From assembly GCA_964291315.2 (NCBI GenBank), contig OZ219753.1, positions 544,001 through 608,000 of the forward strand: 64,000 nt of DNA. Reading direction: 5' to 3'. This DNA is from Candidatus Poribacteria bacterium. GTDB lineage: Bacteria > Poribacteria > WGA-4E > WGA-3G. Numbering within the stretch: the first letter of the stretch is position 1; each line of letters begins with the position of its first letter. The position numbers and the translations under genes were made by a program. This document shows, in pieces, positions 27,309 to 37,494 of this stretch. The notes under the pieces are model-generated. The model was not told the DNA's origin. It searched no databases and worked only from the letters and a program-made list of their open reading frames with translations.

Positions 27309-28514
27309 TCACGTTCGATAGTCTGCGTTGATTCGGATATAATCGTAGGAGTAATCGCATGTCCAGACTTTTATTGCGGTGTCGCCGGCGCGGAGATCAA
27401 TGGTAATTCGCACGGGATCTTGTGCAAGCAGGGCGGTGGCTTTGTCCTCATCGTATCCGGAACCCATACCGTTTTTGACGAGTTGATAATTCGCGATCCA
27501 GACATCTACTTGGCGGGGATCGAATTCTGCTCTGGATTTACCGATTGCCATCATGATGCGTCCCCAATTGGCATCGTTAGCAAAGATGGCGGTTTTGACA
27601 AGTGGAGATTCAGCAACAGCGCGTGCGGCTTTTTCAGCGTCTGTTCGGTTTTTAGCGTTTGTAACAACCACTTCGACAAGTTTGGTCGCGCCTTCGCCGT
27701 CGCGAGCGAGCATCTTTACTAGTGCGGTGCAGATGAACTGAAGCCCTTCACAAAAGGTTTCGTAATTTTCGCCGGTTGCCTCAACAATAGGGACATTGTC
27801 AGCACATCCGGTTGCGAGGATAATCACGGTGTCATTTGTGCTGGCATCGGTGTCGATCGTTAGCAGATTGTATGTATTGTCTACGACGCTATTTAGAGCG
27901 GTTTGGAGCGTTGGAGCGTCAATGCGCGCGTCTGTTGTTAGGTAGGAAAGCATGGTCGCCATGTTTGGGGCAATCATACCGGACCCCTTGGCGATCCCAC
28001 CGATCTTGACAGGAACTCCGTCAATTTGGACCTCCACAGCGCTCGTCTTTGGGTGTGTATCGGTGGTCATAATTGCCTCGGCAGCATCGTTTCCGCCTTC
28101 GGGGTTGAGCATATTGACTGCGGTTTGGATACCGGTTTCGATGTTTTCCATGGGCAGCTGTTGTCCAATAACTCCGGTAGAGGAGACGAGGACGAGATTT
28201 GCCTCTATACCGAGCTGCTCGGCTGTTGCGGCTGCCATTCGTCGCGCGTTCGCCATACCGGTGTCGCCGGTACAGGCATTGGCGTTCCCGCTGTTAATAA
28301 TAACGGCTTGCGCGCATCCGTCGCTGAGATGTTCTCTGCATACCACAACTGGTGCAGCGATGATGCTATTTTTTGTGAAGACTCCGGCGGCAGTCGCGGG
28401 TGTATCGGTAACAATGAGTGCCATATCTTTTGTATCTACGGCTTTAATACCGGCGTGTACCCCTGATGCAGAGACACCCTGAACAGCCGTAATCCCACCA
28501 TCTATCTGTTTCAT
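27309..28514 (-). CDS. argJ: bifunctional glutamate N-acetyltransferase/ornithine acetyltransferase
   Basis: NSGNANACTG, SSTGVIG, IMTTDT, KGSGMIAPNMATML, RDGEGATK, SPLVKTA, NWGR, INADYRT. Confidence 0.97.
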   Translation of the reverse strand: MKQIDGGITAVQGVSASGVHAGIKAVDTKDMALIVTDTPATAAGVFTKNSIIAAPVVVCREHLSDGCAQAVIINSGNANACTGDTGMANARRMAAATAEQLGIEANLVLVSSTGVIGQQLPMENIETGIQTAVNMLNPEGGNDAAEAIMTTDTHPKTSAVEVQIDGVPVKIGGIAKGSGMIAPNMATMLSYLTTDARIDAPTLQTALNSVVDNTYNLLTIDTDASTNDTVIILATGCADNVPIVEATGENYETFCEGLQFICTALVKMLARDGEGATKLVEVVVTNAKNRTDAEKAARAVAESPLVKTAIFANDANWGRIMMAIGKSRAEFDPRQVDVWIANYQLVKNGMGSGYDEDKATALLAQDPVRITIDLRAGDTAIKVWTCDYSYDYIRINADYRT

Positions 28515-28745
28515 GTCTATGAATGCTCCTTGGAAAAATATGGGATAAATTTTAATACATTTTGGCAGGCGTTGTCAAATAGGAGGCGTTCGAGAAAACA
28601 AAAAAGAGCGGACGATCCGAAATATATCTATTTTATGTATAGGTGGGAGCAGTGATGCCTAACTAACGTGAACTTGAATGTAGCAGAATCTGTTAGGTTG
28701 TACAGTAGCACTTCTGGTATACACTCTCGCGTTAACTCCTATAAT

Positions 28746-28774
28746 TTGACAAACTTAGAAATATAGGATATGAT
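28746..28774 (+). promoter_or_regulatory. sigma70-type promoter
   Basis: TTGACA-17 nt-TATGAT, ~155 nt before the 28934 start. Confidence 0.6.
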
Positions 28775-28933
28775 CTAAGAGAGCCGTGTCTACAAAAAGA
28801 GACGGAGAAGTCCGGATTTGATGTTCCCAAATACTAACTGGAGTCTGCTATCTTTTCGACTGGAAAAACACTCCAAGTATCTATCAAGCTCACGTGATTT
28901 GACAGACAAAACCTATGTCGAGGTGGTATTCAA

Positions 28934-29668
28934 TTGAGTGACGTTCCGCAAACACATCCGCGATACCATTCATTGATATTACGAGACAGGATTGTTGCAG
29001 GGGTAGCCCAAGGAATAACTTCTGTTCATGGGCTGATCGCGCACGGTCGCGGAGAGGCCTTTGATTACCTCATCGGGGAGACGACACGCCCGTTCGCGCT
29101 TGAGGCGATCCACGCGGCGGGTGCGAGGCTTCGGCTGGCAGAACATCCTGTTATTTCGGTCAACGGAAATGTGGCAGCATTGGTTCCTGAAGTGCTCGTT
29201 GAGCTTGGTCAAATCCTGAACGCGCCGTTGGAGGTGAATATCTTCCACACGGAAACAGGACGAGAACAAAGAATCCGAGAGCATCTGCTCAACCATGGTG
29301 CCCTAGACGTTCTTATGCCAACAACGGAAGCACAGCTCTCCTTTATCGATTCACATCGAAAGTTTGTGCATCCAGACGGGATTTTTAAAGCGGATGTTAT
29401 CTTTGTCCCGCTTGAGGATGGGGATCGCTGCGAAGCACTTCGAAAAATGGGTAGGGCGGTGGTGACTGTTGATCTGAACCCGATGTCGCGGACGGCACAA
29501 CGCGCGAGCATCACAATCGTGGACAATGTGGTGCGAGCATTGCCGTTGTTATGTGAAGATATTCTGGGGCTCAGCGATTGTACAGCGCGAGCCGTCCTGA
29601 AAAAATATAGTAACGAGTCGGTGTTGGGAGAAGCCTTAGGACATATCAGCAGGGGCGGGAATGGCTAA
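28934..29668 (+). CDS. archaeal-type 4-phosphopantoate--beta-alanine ligase (phosphopantothenate synthetase)
   Basis: HPRYxSL, GLIAHGRGEAFDYLIGE, SVNGN, EVNIF, VPLEDGDR and DLNPMSRTA motifs of the archaeal PPS family. Confidence 0.9.
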   Translation: MSDVPQTHPRYHSLILRDRIVAGVAQGITSVHGLIAHGRGEAFDYLIGETTRPFALEAIHAAGARLRLAEHPVISVNGNVAALVPEVLVELGQILNAPLEVNIFHTETGREQRIREHLLNHGALDVLMPTTEAQLSFIDSHRKFVHPDGIFKADVIFVPLEDGDRCEALRKMGRAVVTVDLNPMSRTAQRASITIVDNVVRALPLLCEDILGLSDCTARAVLKKYSNESVLGEALGHISRGGNG

Positions 29669-31586
29669 CAGGGACGGTAGAACTAACCGCGTCAAACCAC
29701 ATATTCTGTTGATTGGGTTGGTGCTTGTGGCTTTTAATAGCTACTGGTGCCTGATGGGAACGGAGGTGTGGCATTCTACACAGCTGACAATCGCCTCGTT
29801 GTTCTTTAATGCGGTTTTCACGCTACTCGTCTTTGTGCTTGTCAACCTATTGTTGCAAAGATATGTGCCGCGGCTGGCGATGTCGCCAGCTGATTTACAA
29901 ACGATTTATGTCATGGTAGTGATGGTAACAACCATCAGCGGGCACACCATGATGGGTTACCTCATCCCTGTGCTGGCACATACTTTCCAGTTCGCGTCAC
30001 CAGAGAACGAATGGATTCCCCTTTTTGGACACCACATCCCGCCGTGGATCGCTGTTAAAAGCCCCCGCGTTTTGGATGGGTTCTACAACGGCGATTCTAC
30101 GCTCTATACTCCTGCTACGCTAAACGCCTGGATCCCACCCGTGTTGGCTTGGTCCAGCTTTGTTATTGCTCTGTGGTTGACGCTGCTAGCAGTAACCGTC
30201 TTTCTCCGAAAGCAGTGGACAGAAAATGAACGGTTGAACTACCCGATTGTCCAACTCCCCTTGGCTTTGACGAGCAATCCGAAACGTTTCTTTAGTTCTC
30301 CGTGGATGTGGTTGGGTTTTGCACTCGCGGGGAGTGCGGAACTACTCAACGGATTGAGTTTTCTGTTTCCAGAGATTCCTTCGCTGCCTATTAGAAACAA
30401 AGTGCTTGGGCAATTTAGTTCAAAACCGTGGAGTGCGATAGGTCCCATTCGCGTCTCCTTTTATCCGTTCAGCATCGGCTTGATGTTTTTCACCCCGTTG
30501 GATCTTTCGTTTTCCTGCTGGTTTTTCTGGCTTTTGAGTCGTCTCCAGTTAATTGTAACAGATGTGCTTGGGGCGCGGAATATCTATCATCTGGAGCAGC
30601 AGACGGGGGCATGGATAGCGTTTGGATGCATTCCGTTGTGGATGGGACGCCGGCACTATGGACGCATTATCCGTAAAGTCTTCGGGATCGCCCAACGACA
30701 CGGCCAACGGCCGCCTGAAGATTCGAATGAACCGATCCGTTATCAGACTGCGGCGGGCCTGTTCACTGTCGGGATGCTGTTCCTCTTCTTCTTCTGTTAT
30801 CAGATGGGAATGACCCTCTGGGCAATTGGACTCTTTTTTTTGTTCTACTTTCCACTAGTTATCGGTATCACGCGTATCCGCGCCGAAATTGGACCCCCGT
30901 TGCATCAGCTCATCTTTGTTGATCCTGGACGAACAATGGTATTAGCGTTAGGCACCCGTCGCCTCGGTGCTGCCAATCTGACGGGCCTAACGTTTCTCTA
31001 TCCGTTTGTCCGCTGTTTCCGGGCCCATCCAACACCGAGTGAGCTGGAGGCGTTCAGATTGGCAGAACGAAGCCACATTGGATATCGACAACTCCTTATC
31101 GGGATGATCCTAGCGATTGTGTTCGGTATCCTGATAACGTTTTGGGCATATCTACATGTGCTTTATGACATCGGGGCAGGAAGCAAAGCCCGTGGCTGGA
31201 TCGTCTATATGGGATGGGAAACGTTCAACCGATTGCAAACATGGCTTGTCAGCCCTCGGGAGACAAACGTCCCAGAACTTGGGGTTATCGGCAGCAGTTT
31301 CCTATTCACGATATTTCTAATGGTCATGAAGACGCGTTTTTTGTGGTGGCCGTTGCATCCTGCTGGTTATGTATTGGTCAGCGGTACAGGAATGGGGAGA
31401 TTGTGGTTTACAATTTTCTTGGGCTGGTTAGCGAAAGCAGTCGTGTTAAAAATTGGTGGTGTGAAACTTTATCGGCAGGCGGTGCCGTTCTTCTTAGGGC
31501 TTATTTTGGGAGACTATACACTCGGGTGTGTCTGGAGCTTGATCGGGTTGGTATTAGAGATACCGACATATATTGTTTGGCATTGA
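29661..31586 (+). CDS. multi-pass membrane protein (DUF6785/DUF6784, OPT-like)
   Basis: ASPENEW, RKQWTENERLNYPIVQLP, RIRAEIG, WWPLHPAGY and PFFLGLILGD motifs; many hydrophobic segments. Confidence 0.75.
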   Translation: MANRDGRTNRVKPHILLIGLVLVAFNSYWCLMGTEVWHSTQLTIASLFFNAVFTLLVFVLVNLLLQRYVPRLAMSPADLQTIYVMVVMVTTISGHTMMGYLIPVLAHTFQFASPENEWIPLFGHHIPPWIAVKSPRVLDGFYNGDSTLYTPATLNAWIPPVLAWSSFVIALWLTLLAVTVFLRKQWTENERLNYPIVQLPLALTSNPKRFFSSPWMWLGFALAGSAELLNGLSFLFPEIPSLPIRNKVLGQFSSKPWSAIGPIRVSFYPFSIGLMFFTPLDLSFSCWFFWLLSRLQLIVTDVLGARNIYHLEQQTGAWIAFGCIPLWMGRRHYGRIIRKVFGIAQRHGQRPPEDSNEPIRYQTAAGLFTVGMLFLFFFCYQMGMTLWAIGLFFLFYFPLVIGITRIRAEIGPPLHQLIFVDPGRTMVLALGTRRLGAANLTGLTFLYPFVRCFRAHPTPSELEAFRLAERSHIGYRQLLIGMILAIVFGILITFWAYLHVLYDIGAGSKARGWIVYMGWETFNRLQTWLVSPRETNVPELGVIGSSFLFTIFLMVMKTRFLWWPLHPAGYVLVSGTGMGRLWFTIFLGWLAKAVVLKIGGVKLYRQAVPFFLGLILGDYTLGCVWSLIGLVLEIPTYIVWH

Positions 31587-31630
31587 GACATTGATTTCCA
31601 AGTTGATAGCTTTCGCGACCTGATTTTTTC

Positions 31631-31659
31631 TTGATACCTGTTGTAAAGTATGTTATGAT
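31631..31659 (+). promoter_or_regulatory. sigma70-type promoter
   Basis: TTGATA-17 nt-TATGAT with TG extension. Confidence 0.5.
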
Positions 31660-31669
31660 TTCCTTTATT

Positions 31670-31840
31670 GATAGGACTTACGCGGACGCGCGATACACCG
31701 CCTCATTTCCTGCAGATATGTCTCGGAAATACCTATGTTCCTCAAAATTACTCCAAGGCGGAGTAGTACAATTCATTGCACACGTCCCGATTTGAAAAAA
31801 CCTTCTTAAACATCTGCAGGATGTCGGCGAACGCTCCTAT
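31670..31840. repeat. MITE-like element with TAGGACTTACGC end
   Basis: gataggacttacgc at 31670, internal inverted repeat tcctgcagat/atctgcagga, degenerate opposite end gcgaacgctccta. Confidence 0.4.
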
Positions 31841-31856
31841 TTAGGCAATACCCTCT

Positions 31857-32987
31857 ATGAGAACCACCCATAATATTCTTTTTCAAGATGCTCAAGATTT
31901 GAAAGAAATTCCTTCAGAAAGCGTCGATCTGGTCGTTACTTCTCCTCCGTATCCTATGATTGCTATGTGGGATGAAATGTTTAGCAATCAGAACCCAGAA
32001 ATTCAGAAAGCGTTGGCATGTGGTAATGGGAAACAGGCGTATGCGTTGATGCATGAGGTACTCAACGCGGTATGGAATGAGATATTTAGAGTTTTAAAGG
32101 TGGGCAGGTTTGCCTGCGTCAATATCGGGGATGCGACTCGGAAGGTAAGAGATGATTTCTGTTTATATCCAAACCACGCGAGAATTTTGGATTACCTTTT
32201 AAGGATAGGGTTCTCAGCATTACCGGATATCCTGTGGCGGAAGCAGGCGAATTCGCCGAATAAGTTTATGGGCTCGGGCATGTTGCCTGCTGGAGCTTAT
32301 GTGACGTTGGAGCACGAATACATTTTGATAGTGAGAAAAGGCCCGAAAAGAGAATTTAAAACAGAAGTAGAAAAAGAAAATAGACGTGAGAGTGCTCTAT
32401 TTTGGGAAGAGAGAAATATCTGGTACTCAGATGTTTGGATGGATATTAGGGGAATAGGTCAAAAACTACCGAGGACAGTGTCGCGATTGAGAAGTGCAGC
32501 ATTCCCGTTTGATCTAGCGTATCGACTCATCAATATGTATTCTGTGAAGGGTGATGTTATACTTGACCCATTTCTCGGGACAGGAACCACAACTGCGGCT
32601 GCGATGACATCGGGGCGCAACAGCATCGGTGTTGAAATCGAGGACAGTTTTCAACACGTTTTAGAGCCGATTGCTAGCCATATCGTCAATTTTTCAAATG
32701 ATTATTTGCGCAACAGGTTGATAAGACATTTTGAGTTTGTCAAAAACCGGATCCAAAACTCAGGAACGTTAAAATATACAAATAAGTACTACGATTGTCC
32801 GGTTGTGACGAGCCAAGAGCAGTCTATTTTGCTAAACGGCTTAAAAGAGGCTTATGCACACAGAGATAATATCTTTGATGTTGTATATACAACGAAACCG
32901 TGTCCCTGGAATTTGGAGCAAGTCTCAGAGTCTGTTGTCGATAATCAAACGGAGCCGCACACAAAACCTATTCAATTCATCAAGTAA
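31857..32987 (+). CDS. type II DNA methyltransferase (N4-C/N6-A, beta class)
   Basis: VVTSPPY catalytic motif precedes LDPFLGTGTT SAM-binding motif. Confidence 0.9.
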   Translation: MRTTHNILFQDAQDLKEIPSESVDLVVTSPPYPMIAMWDEMFSNQNPEIQKALACGNGKQAYALMHEVLNAVWNEIFRVLKVGRFACVNIGDATRKVRDDFCLYPNHARILDYLLRIGFSALPDILWRKQANSPNKFMGSGMLPAGAYVTLEHEYILIVRKGPKREFKTEVEKENRRESALFWEERNIWYSDVWMDIRGIGQKLPRTVSRLRSAAFPFDLAYRLINMYSVKGDVILDPFLGTGTTTAAAMTSGRNSIGVEIEDSFQHVLEPIASHIVNFSNDYLRNRLIRHFEFVKNRIQNSGTLKYTNKYYDCPVVTSQEQSILLNGLKEAYAHRDNIFDVVYTTKPCPWNLEQVSESVVDNQTEPHTKPIQFIK

Positions 32988-33025
32988 AATGCGTAGTGAC
33001 TCTATATTCAAAAAAAGGGTTGTAC

Positions 33026-33608
33026 ATGAAAATCAAATTAAAAAATGCTGATATTCAGGAATATGTGAATGCCCCTATGTCTGATTTTCCAAAGTACACG
33101 ACTCAATTAATGAATGTCGCAAATCAAAATTCTCAGGCGACGCGCCCGAGATATGTTGGCCAATTAAGCGAACTGATTCAGGAATTTCCAGGGAAAACTT
33201 TCGAAGAGTGGGTTACGTGGTATCAAGAACAATATCCTAATGCGATTGATGATGCCACAGATAGAATAACCTCAATGATAGAAAACTTCAATGAGGCTAT
33301 CGGCAAAATTGACCGAACCTTGATTAAATCATGGGTAGAGGATTTGGTTCTTGTTAAGACATTCACTGGGCTTAAATTTCAGGAGTCAATTTTAAAAAAG
33401 CTGTCAGAAATAAAAGGGCTCTTATCGTTTGGCAGAACCTCATGAAGAATCCCAAGGCATAGATGGGTTCGGGGGCGAAGAAGCGTATTCTATCAAGCCT
33501 AGTACTTATGATTCAATGTCAACTGTAGCAGAATCTATAGAGGTTAAGACGATTTTTTTTTACGAAAAAAAGCCAGATAGCATAGTGTTTGAAATACCGG
33601 AAGAGTAG
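33026..33608 (+). pseudogene. MjaI-family restriction endonuclease, frameshifted near 33419
   Basis: FPKYTTQLMN…ANQNSQATRP…VGQLSELIQEF; a shifted frame continues SYRLAEPHEESQGIDG…SIKP…EIPEE to TAG at 33608. Confidence 0.75.
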
Positions 33609-33618
33609 GAATCCATAT

Positions 33619-35427
33619 TTAATTTCGTTTTCTCTCCTGCTCTTTGTATTGCAGCTGATATAACCGGTGATAGATACCTGCCTGCTGTAACAGCTCCTTA
33701 TGCGTACCTGTCTCCCGAATTTCCCCGCGATGCATCACGATAATTTTGTCTGCGTTCTGGATCGTTGAAAGCCGGTGTGCAATAACAACGGAGGTTCGGT
33801 TCGCCATCAAGCGTTTGAGGGCATCCTCTATCAGGATTTCAGTTTCCGTATCAACGCTGGAGGTTGCTTCATCAAGAATCAGGATGCTCGGATCGGATGC
33901 CAATGCGCGCGCAAAGGCGACTAACTGCTTCTGCCCGACAGACAAGCCCGCGCCATCTTCTTTGATCTCTGTGGCGTAGACCTTCGGCATCTTCTGAACG
34001 AAACGGTCTAAATGGACATCTTGCGCTGCACGTTTCACTTGTTCAGATGAGATTGAGGGATTGCCTAAGCTAATATTGCGTTCGATGGAATCAGAGAAGA
34101 GAAAGATATTCTGTTGTACAATACTGATTGCCTCGCGCAGTTCTTCTAAGTTCATGTCTCGGATATCCATGCTGTCAACAAGGATCTGTCCTTTGTTGAT
34201 ATCGTAGAATCGACAGAGCAGGTTGATGATAGAGGTTTTCCCTGCACCAGTATGGCCGACAAGTGCGACCTTTTCGCCCTGTTTCACTGTGAACGAGACA
34301 TCCCGCAGAACATAGTCGTCATCATTATAGGCGAACCAGACGTTTCGGAATTCAATCTCGCCTTTTAGGGTGTGTTTATCTTGTTTAGGAGCGACAGAGG
34401 CGATAGACGGCTGTGTATCGAGTAGCTGGAAAATGCGTTCGGAAGATGCCATGGCGTTTTGGAAGATAGTATATTTCTCGCTCAGTTCACGGATGGGCCA
34501 AAAGAAGCGTTCAGCGTAACGGATAAACGCTAACAGCACCCCGAATGTCAGGGCATCTTGCACGACTTGCCCGCCGCCGTACCAGATAATCACTGCTGTT
34601 GCAAGAGAGGCGGTCACCTCAATCAGAGGATGGAATATAGAAAAATAGAAGATACTCCGAAGGTTGGCTGCGAGGTATCTCCGGTTGCGTTCGTTGAAAC
34701 GGAGATGGCTCCGCCGCTCTTGTGAGAAAAGCTGCATCGTTGTCATACCGACGATATTCTCTTGCAAAAAGGCGTTGATTCGTGCCAGCTGCTTACGTTG
34801 CTCCCGAAACGCCCGGCGCGAATAAATCTGATAGACCAGCGTTGCGCCGAAGATAATCGGTATCACCGTGAACGTGACGAGGGCAAGTTTCCAGTTATAA
34901 AGCAGCATCGCCACCATGATCCCAAAAATCTGGAGCAGATTCGCGAAGACTGTAATCACGCCGGAGGCAAAAAGTTCGTTGAGGACCTGAACGTCTCCCA
35001 TGACGCGGGTCATCAGTCTACCCACCGGATTTTTATCAAAAAATTGAACGTCTAAACGTTGCAAATGTGAGAAGAGCGTCTGTCGCAGATCGTGCATCAC
35101 GTGTTGCCCAATCATTTGCATGCGATATTCCTCAAAGTAGCTCAAGACAAACTCGCTTATCAATGCCACTACGTAAAAAATTGCGATCGTAGTGAGTCCA
35201 GTCAATATGCCTGGGGTAATGTGTTCGTCAATTCCACGCTGCAGTAGGTAGGGGCCCGCCAAGCGTGCAAGGGTATTCCCGACCATAAGAAACCCGATGA
35301 TAAGTAGTTGGAATTTGTACGGTTTGAGATACGCTAAGAGCCGCCTCATCAGGACTCGATCGTAGACTTTTCCGAGGTCTTGCTCCTCATCGCTATATTC
35401 GTATAGGTCGCCTCCGGTGCCAAACAC
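33619..35427 (-). CDS. ABC exporter ATP-binding/permease subunit
   Basis: Transmembrane domain plus GHTGAGKT, LSVGQKQ, LDEATS, AHRLSTI. Confidence 0.93.
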   Translation of the reverse strand: MFGTGGDLYEYSDEEQDLGKVYDRVLMRRLLAYLKPYKFQLLIIGFLMVGNTLARLAGPYLLQRGIDEHITPGILTGLTTIAIFYVVALISEFVLSYFEEYRMQMIGQHVMHDLRQTLFSHLQRLDVQFFDKNPVGRLMTRVMGDVQVLNELFASGVITVFANLLQIFGIMVAMLLYNWKLALVTFTVIPIIFGATLVYQIYSRRAFREQRKQLARINAFLQENIVGMTTMQLFSQERRSHLRFNERNRRYLAANLRSIFYFSIFHPLIEVTASLATAVIIWYGGGQVVQDALTFGVLLAFIRYAERFFWPIRELSEKYTIFQNAMASSERIFQLLDTQPSIASVAPKQDKHTLKGEIEFRNVWFAYNDDDYVLRDVSFTVKQGEKVALVGHTGAGKTSIINLLCRFYDINKGQILVDSMDIRDMNLEELREAISIVQQNIFLFSDSIERNISLGNPSISSEQVKRAAQDVHLDRFVQKMPKVYATEIKEDGAGLSVGQKQLVAFARALASDPSILILDEATSSVDTETEILIEDALKRLMANRTSVVIAHRLSTIQNADKIIVMHRGEIRETGTHKELLQQAGIYHRLYQLQYKEQERKRN

Positions 35428-35448
35428 AGGTAGTTCCTCCTTTAACCT

Positions 35449-37296
35449 TTAAAGTTCTTCAAGCTGTTCTTGCAAGAGTTGTGTTTCGTAGATACCGGCA
35501 TAAATTCCGCGATGTTCCAATAGTTGCTCATGTGTGCCAGCTTCAACGATGCTGCCCTCATCGAGGACGATAATATGGTCAGCATTTTTGACGGTAGAGA
35601 TTCGGTGCGAAATAAGAAGAGTCGTCCGGTTTTTCATAATTTCAGCGAGGCGCCTGAGGATGGTGTCTTCGGTTTGGGTATCCACGTTCGCGAAGGCATC
35701 GTCAAGGATGAGAATTTTGGGTTTGATGATAATTGCGCGTGCAAGTGCACTTCGTTGGCGTTGCCCGCCTGAGATTGTTATTCCACGTTCACCGAGGAAG
35801 GTTTCCAAGCCGTCAGGGAATTCTTCGATTTGATCAAGTAGATCCGCGCTATATGCAGCGTCTCTTACTGCCTCATCGTTGGCGACCTCAAGTCCATAGG
35901 ATATGTTGTTCCGCAAATAATCAGAAAAGAGAAAGGGTTCCTGTTCGACAAATCCAATATTGGAACGGAGAACCTTTAGGGGCACGTCTTGAATGTCCAC
36001 GTTGTCGATAAAGACAGTGCCGCGTTCGGCTTGACGAATGCGCGGAATTAGGCTGACGAGTGTAGATTTACCCGAGCCCGTCGCGCCCACGATCGCCAGC
36101 GTCATACCGGGTTCAATTTTAAGGTTGATGTTTCTGAGTACAGGTGTTCCATCTGGGTAGTCAAAGTTGAGGTTTTTAAATTCAATCTTACCTTCAATCT
36201 CTTTAATTTCCCACTTTACATTTTTACCATCAAAGATTTCTGGTTTTTCATCAAGGATTGCTTGAATCCTTTTCATAGACGCTGCTCCGCGCTCGAAGGT
36301 GTTAACGATGAAACCGAGAGTAATCATTGGACGGACAAGCATCATAAGATAGGCGCTGAAGGCAACAAAATCACCGAGTGTAATTTTCCCTTCAATTACA
36401 TGAAACCCGCCCATCCAAAGAAGGACGACCCCGCCGATGCCGGGTAGAAATCGGAAGAGCGGAAAAAAGAAGGTCATAAGCCTGATTTGGCGATGGTTAC
36501 GATCGACAAATTCTCGGTTCAATACCTGAAAATGCTCAATTTCACTTGCCCCAAGTGTATACGCTTTGACAACACGGACACCAGACAGATTCTCCTGAAC
36601 CTTGGTATTCAACGTTGAAAACGCCTCTTGGATGCTTTCGTAGTGGGCATGTAACCGCTTGCCAAGGTAGCGAATTAAAACCGCAAGGATCGGATACGGG
36701 AGCAAAGCAACAACCGTTAGCGTTACATCAATCCGCAGCATGATGGCGAGCGCGAACCCGAAAAACACTATCGCATCAGCGGTGTACATCACAGCACTGC
36801 TCAGTACCATTCTAATGGCGTTTAGGTCGCTGGTTGCACGCGTCATTAGATCACCGGTGCGAACGTTATCGTAATACGCAGTGGAAAGTTTTTGGAGATG
36901 CAGAAAGAAGTCGGCACGGAGGTGAAATTCCATCTGCCTTGCGACCCCTTGGATGATGCGCCGTTGGATAAAACGTAGGATACCAGCAAAGAGCGCGACT
37001 CCAAAAACGAGCAGTGCAAAGAAGAGAATCCGTCCTGAAGATACGGCAAAGCTTGGGTCCTTGAAGGCACGTTCCAACTCATCAAAAACCAGCTGGAGAA
37101 TCTTTGGGCTAATCAAGAGAAGTACATTCGTCACAATGACAAGGCAAAAGCTAATTACAATCGCATACCGATACCGAATGATGTACTTCTTGAGACCAAG
37201 TAGGCTGTGAATGGTGGGACTCCTTTCCGGTGAGCATGTCTGGCCGCTCAATCTATTTTTAGTTTTGACGTTAATTTCGCATATCTGTTTAATCAA
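35449..37296 (-). CDS. ABC exporter ATP-binding/permease subunit (heterodimer partner)
   Basis: Transmembrane domain plus GATGSGKS, ISGGQRQR, degenerate LDDA Walker B, SHRIST; start uncertain. Confidence 0.93.
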   Translation of the reverse strand: MIKQICEINVKTKNRLSGQTCSPERSPTIHSLLGLKKYIIRYRYAIVISFCLVIVTNVLLLISPKILQLVFDELERAFKDPSFAVSSGRILFFALLVFGVALFAGILRFIQRRIIQGVARQMEFHLRADFFLHLQKLSTAYYDNVRTGDLMTRATSDLNAIRMVLSSAVMYTADAIVFFGFALAIMLRIDVTLTVVALLPYPILAVLIRYLGKRLHAHYESIQEAFSTLNTKVQENLSGVRVVKAYTLGASEIEHFQVLNREFVDRNHRQIRLMTFFFPLFRFLPGIGGVVLLWMGGFHVIEGKITLGDFVAFSAYLMMLVRPMITLGFIVNTFERGAASMKRIQAILDEKPEIFDGKNVKWEIKEIEGKIEFKNLNFDYPDGTPVLRNINLKIEPGMTLAIVGATGSGKSTLVSLIPRIRQAERGTVFIDNVDIQDVPLKVLRSNIGFVEQEPFLFSDYLRNNISYGLEVANDEAVRDAAYSADLLDQIEEFPDGLETFLGERGITISGGQRQRSALARAIIIKPKILILDDAFANVDTQTEDTILRRLAEIMKNRTTLLISHRISTVKNADHIIVLDEGSIVEAGTHEQLLEHRGIYAGIYETQLLQEQLEEL

Positions 37297-37430
37297 GTTT
37301 TTGGTGGTCAGCAGTCAGTTAACTCTTGCGACGGTTGCATAATATGTCAGTGCGGCACCCCGGGCCTGTTGAGATTTCTGATGTTTTCCAATAAATGATG
37401 TCTAGCAGCCGACATCTATCCAAAAATATA

Positions 37431-37459
37431 TTGACACTATTTCCTCTGCGTTTTATCAT
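37431..37459 (+). promoter_or_regulatory. sigma70-type promoter of the gnd cluster
   Basis: TTGACA-17 nt-TATCAT; AGGAGG RBS at 37480. Confidence 0.6.
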
Positions 37460-37494
37460 ATATAAAATGACTCTATCATAGGAGGAACACAAAT

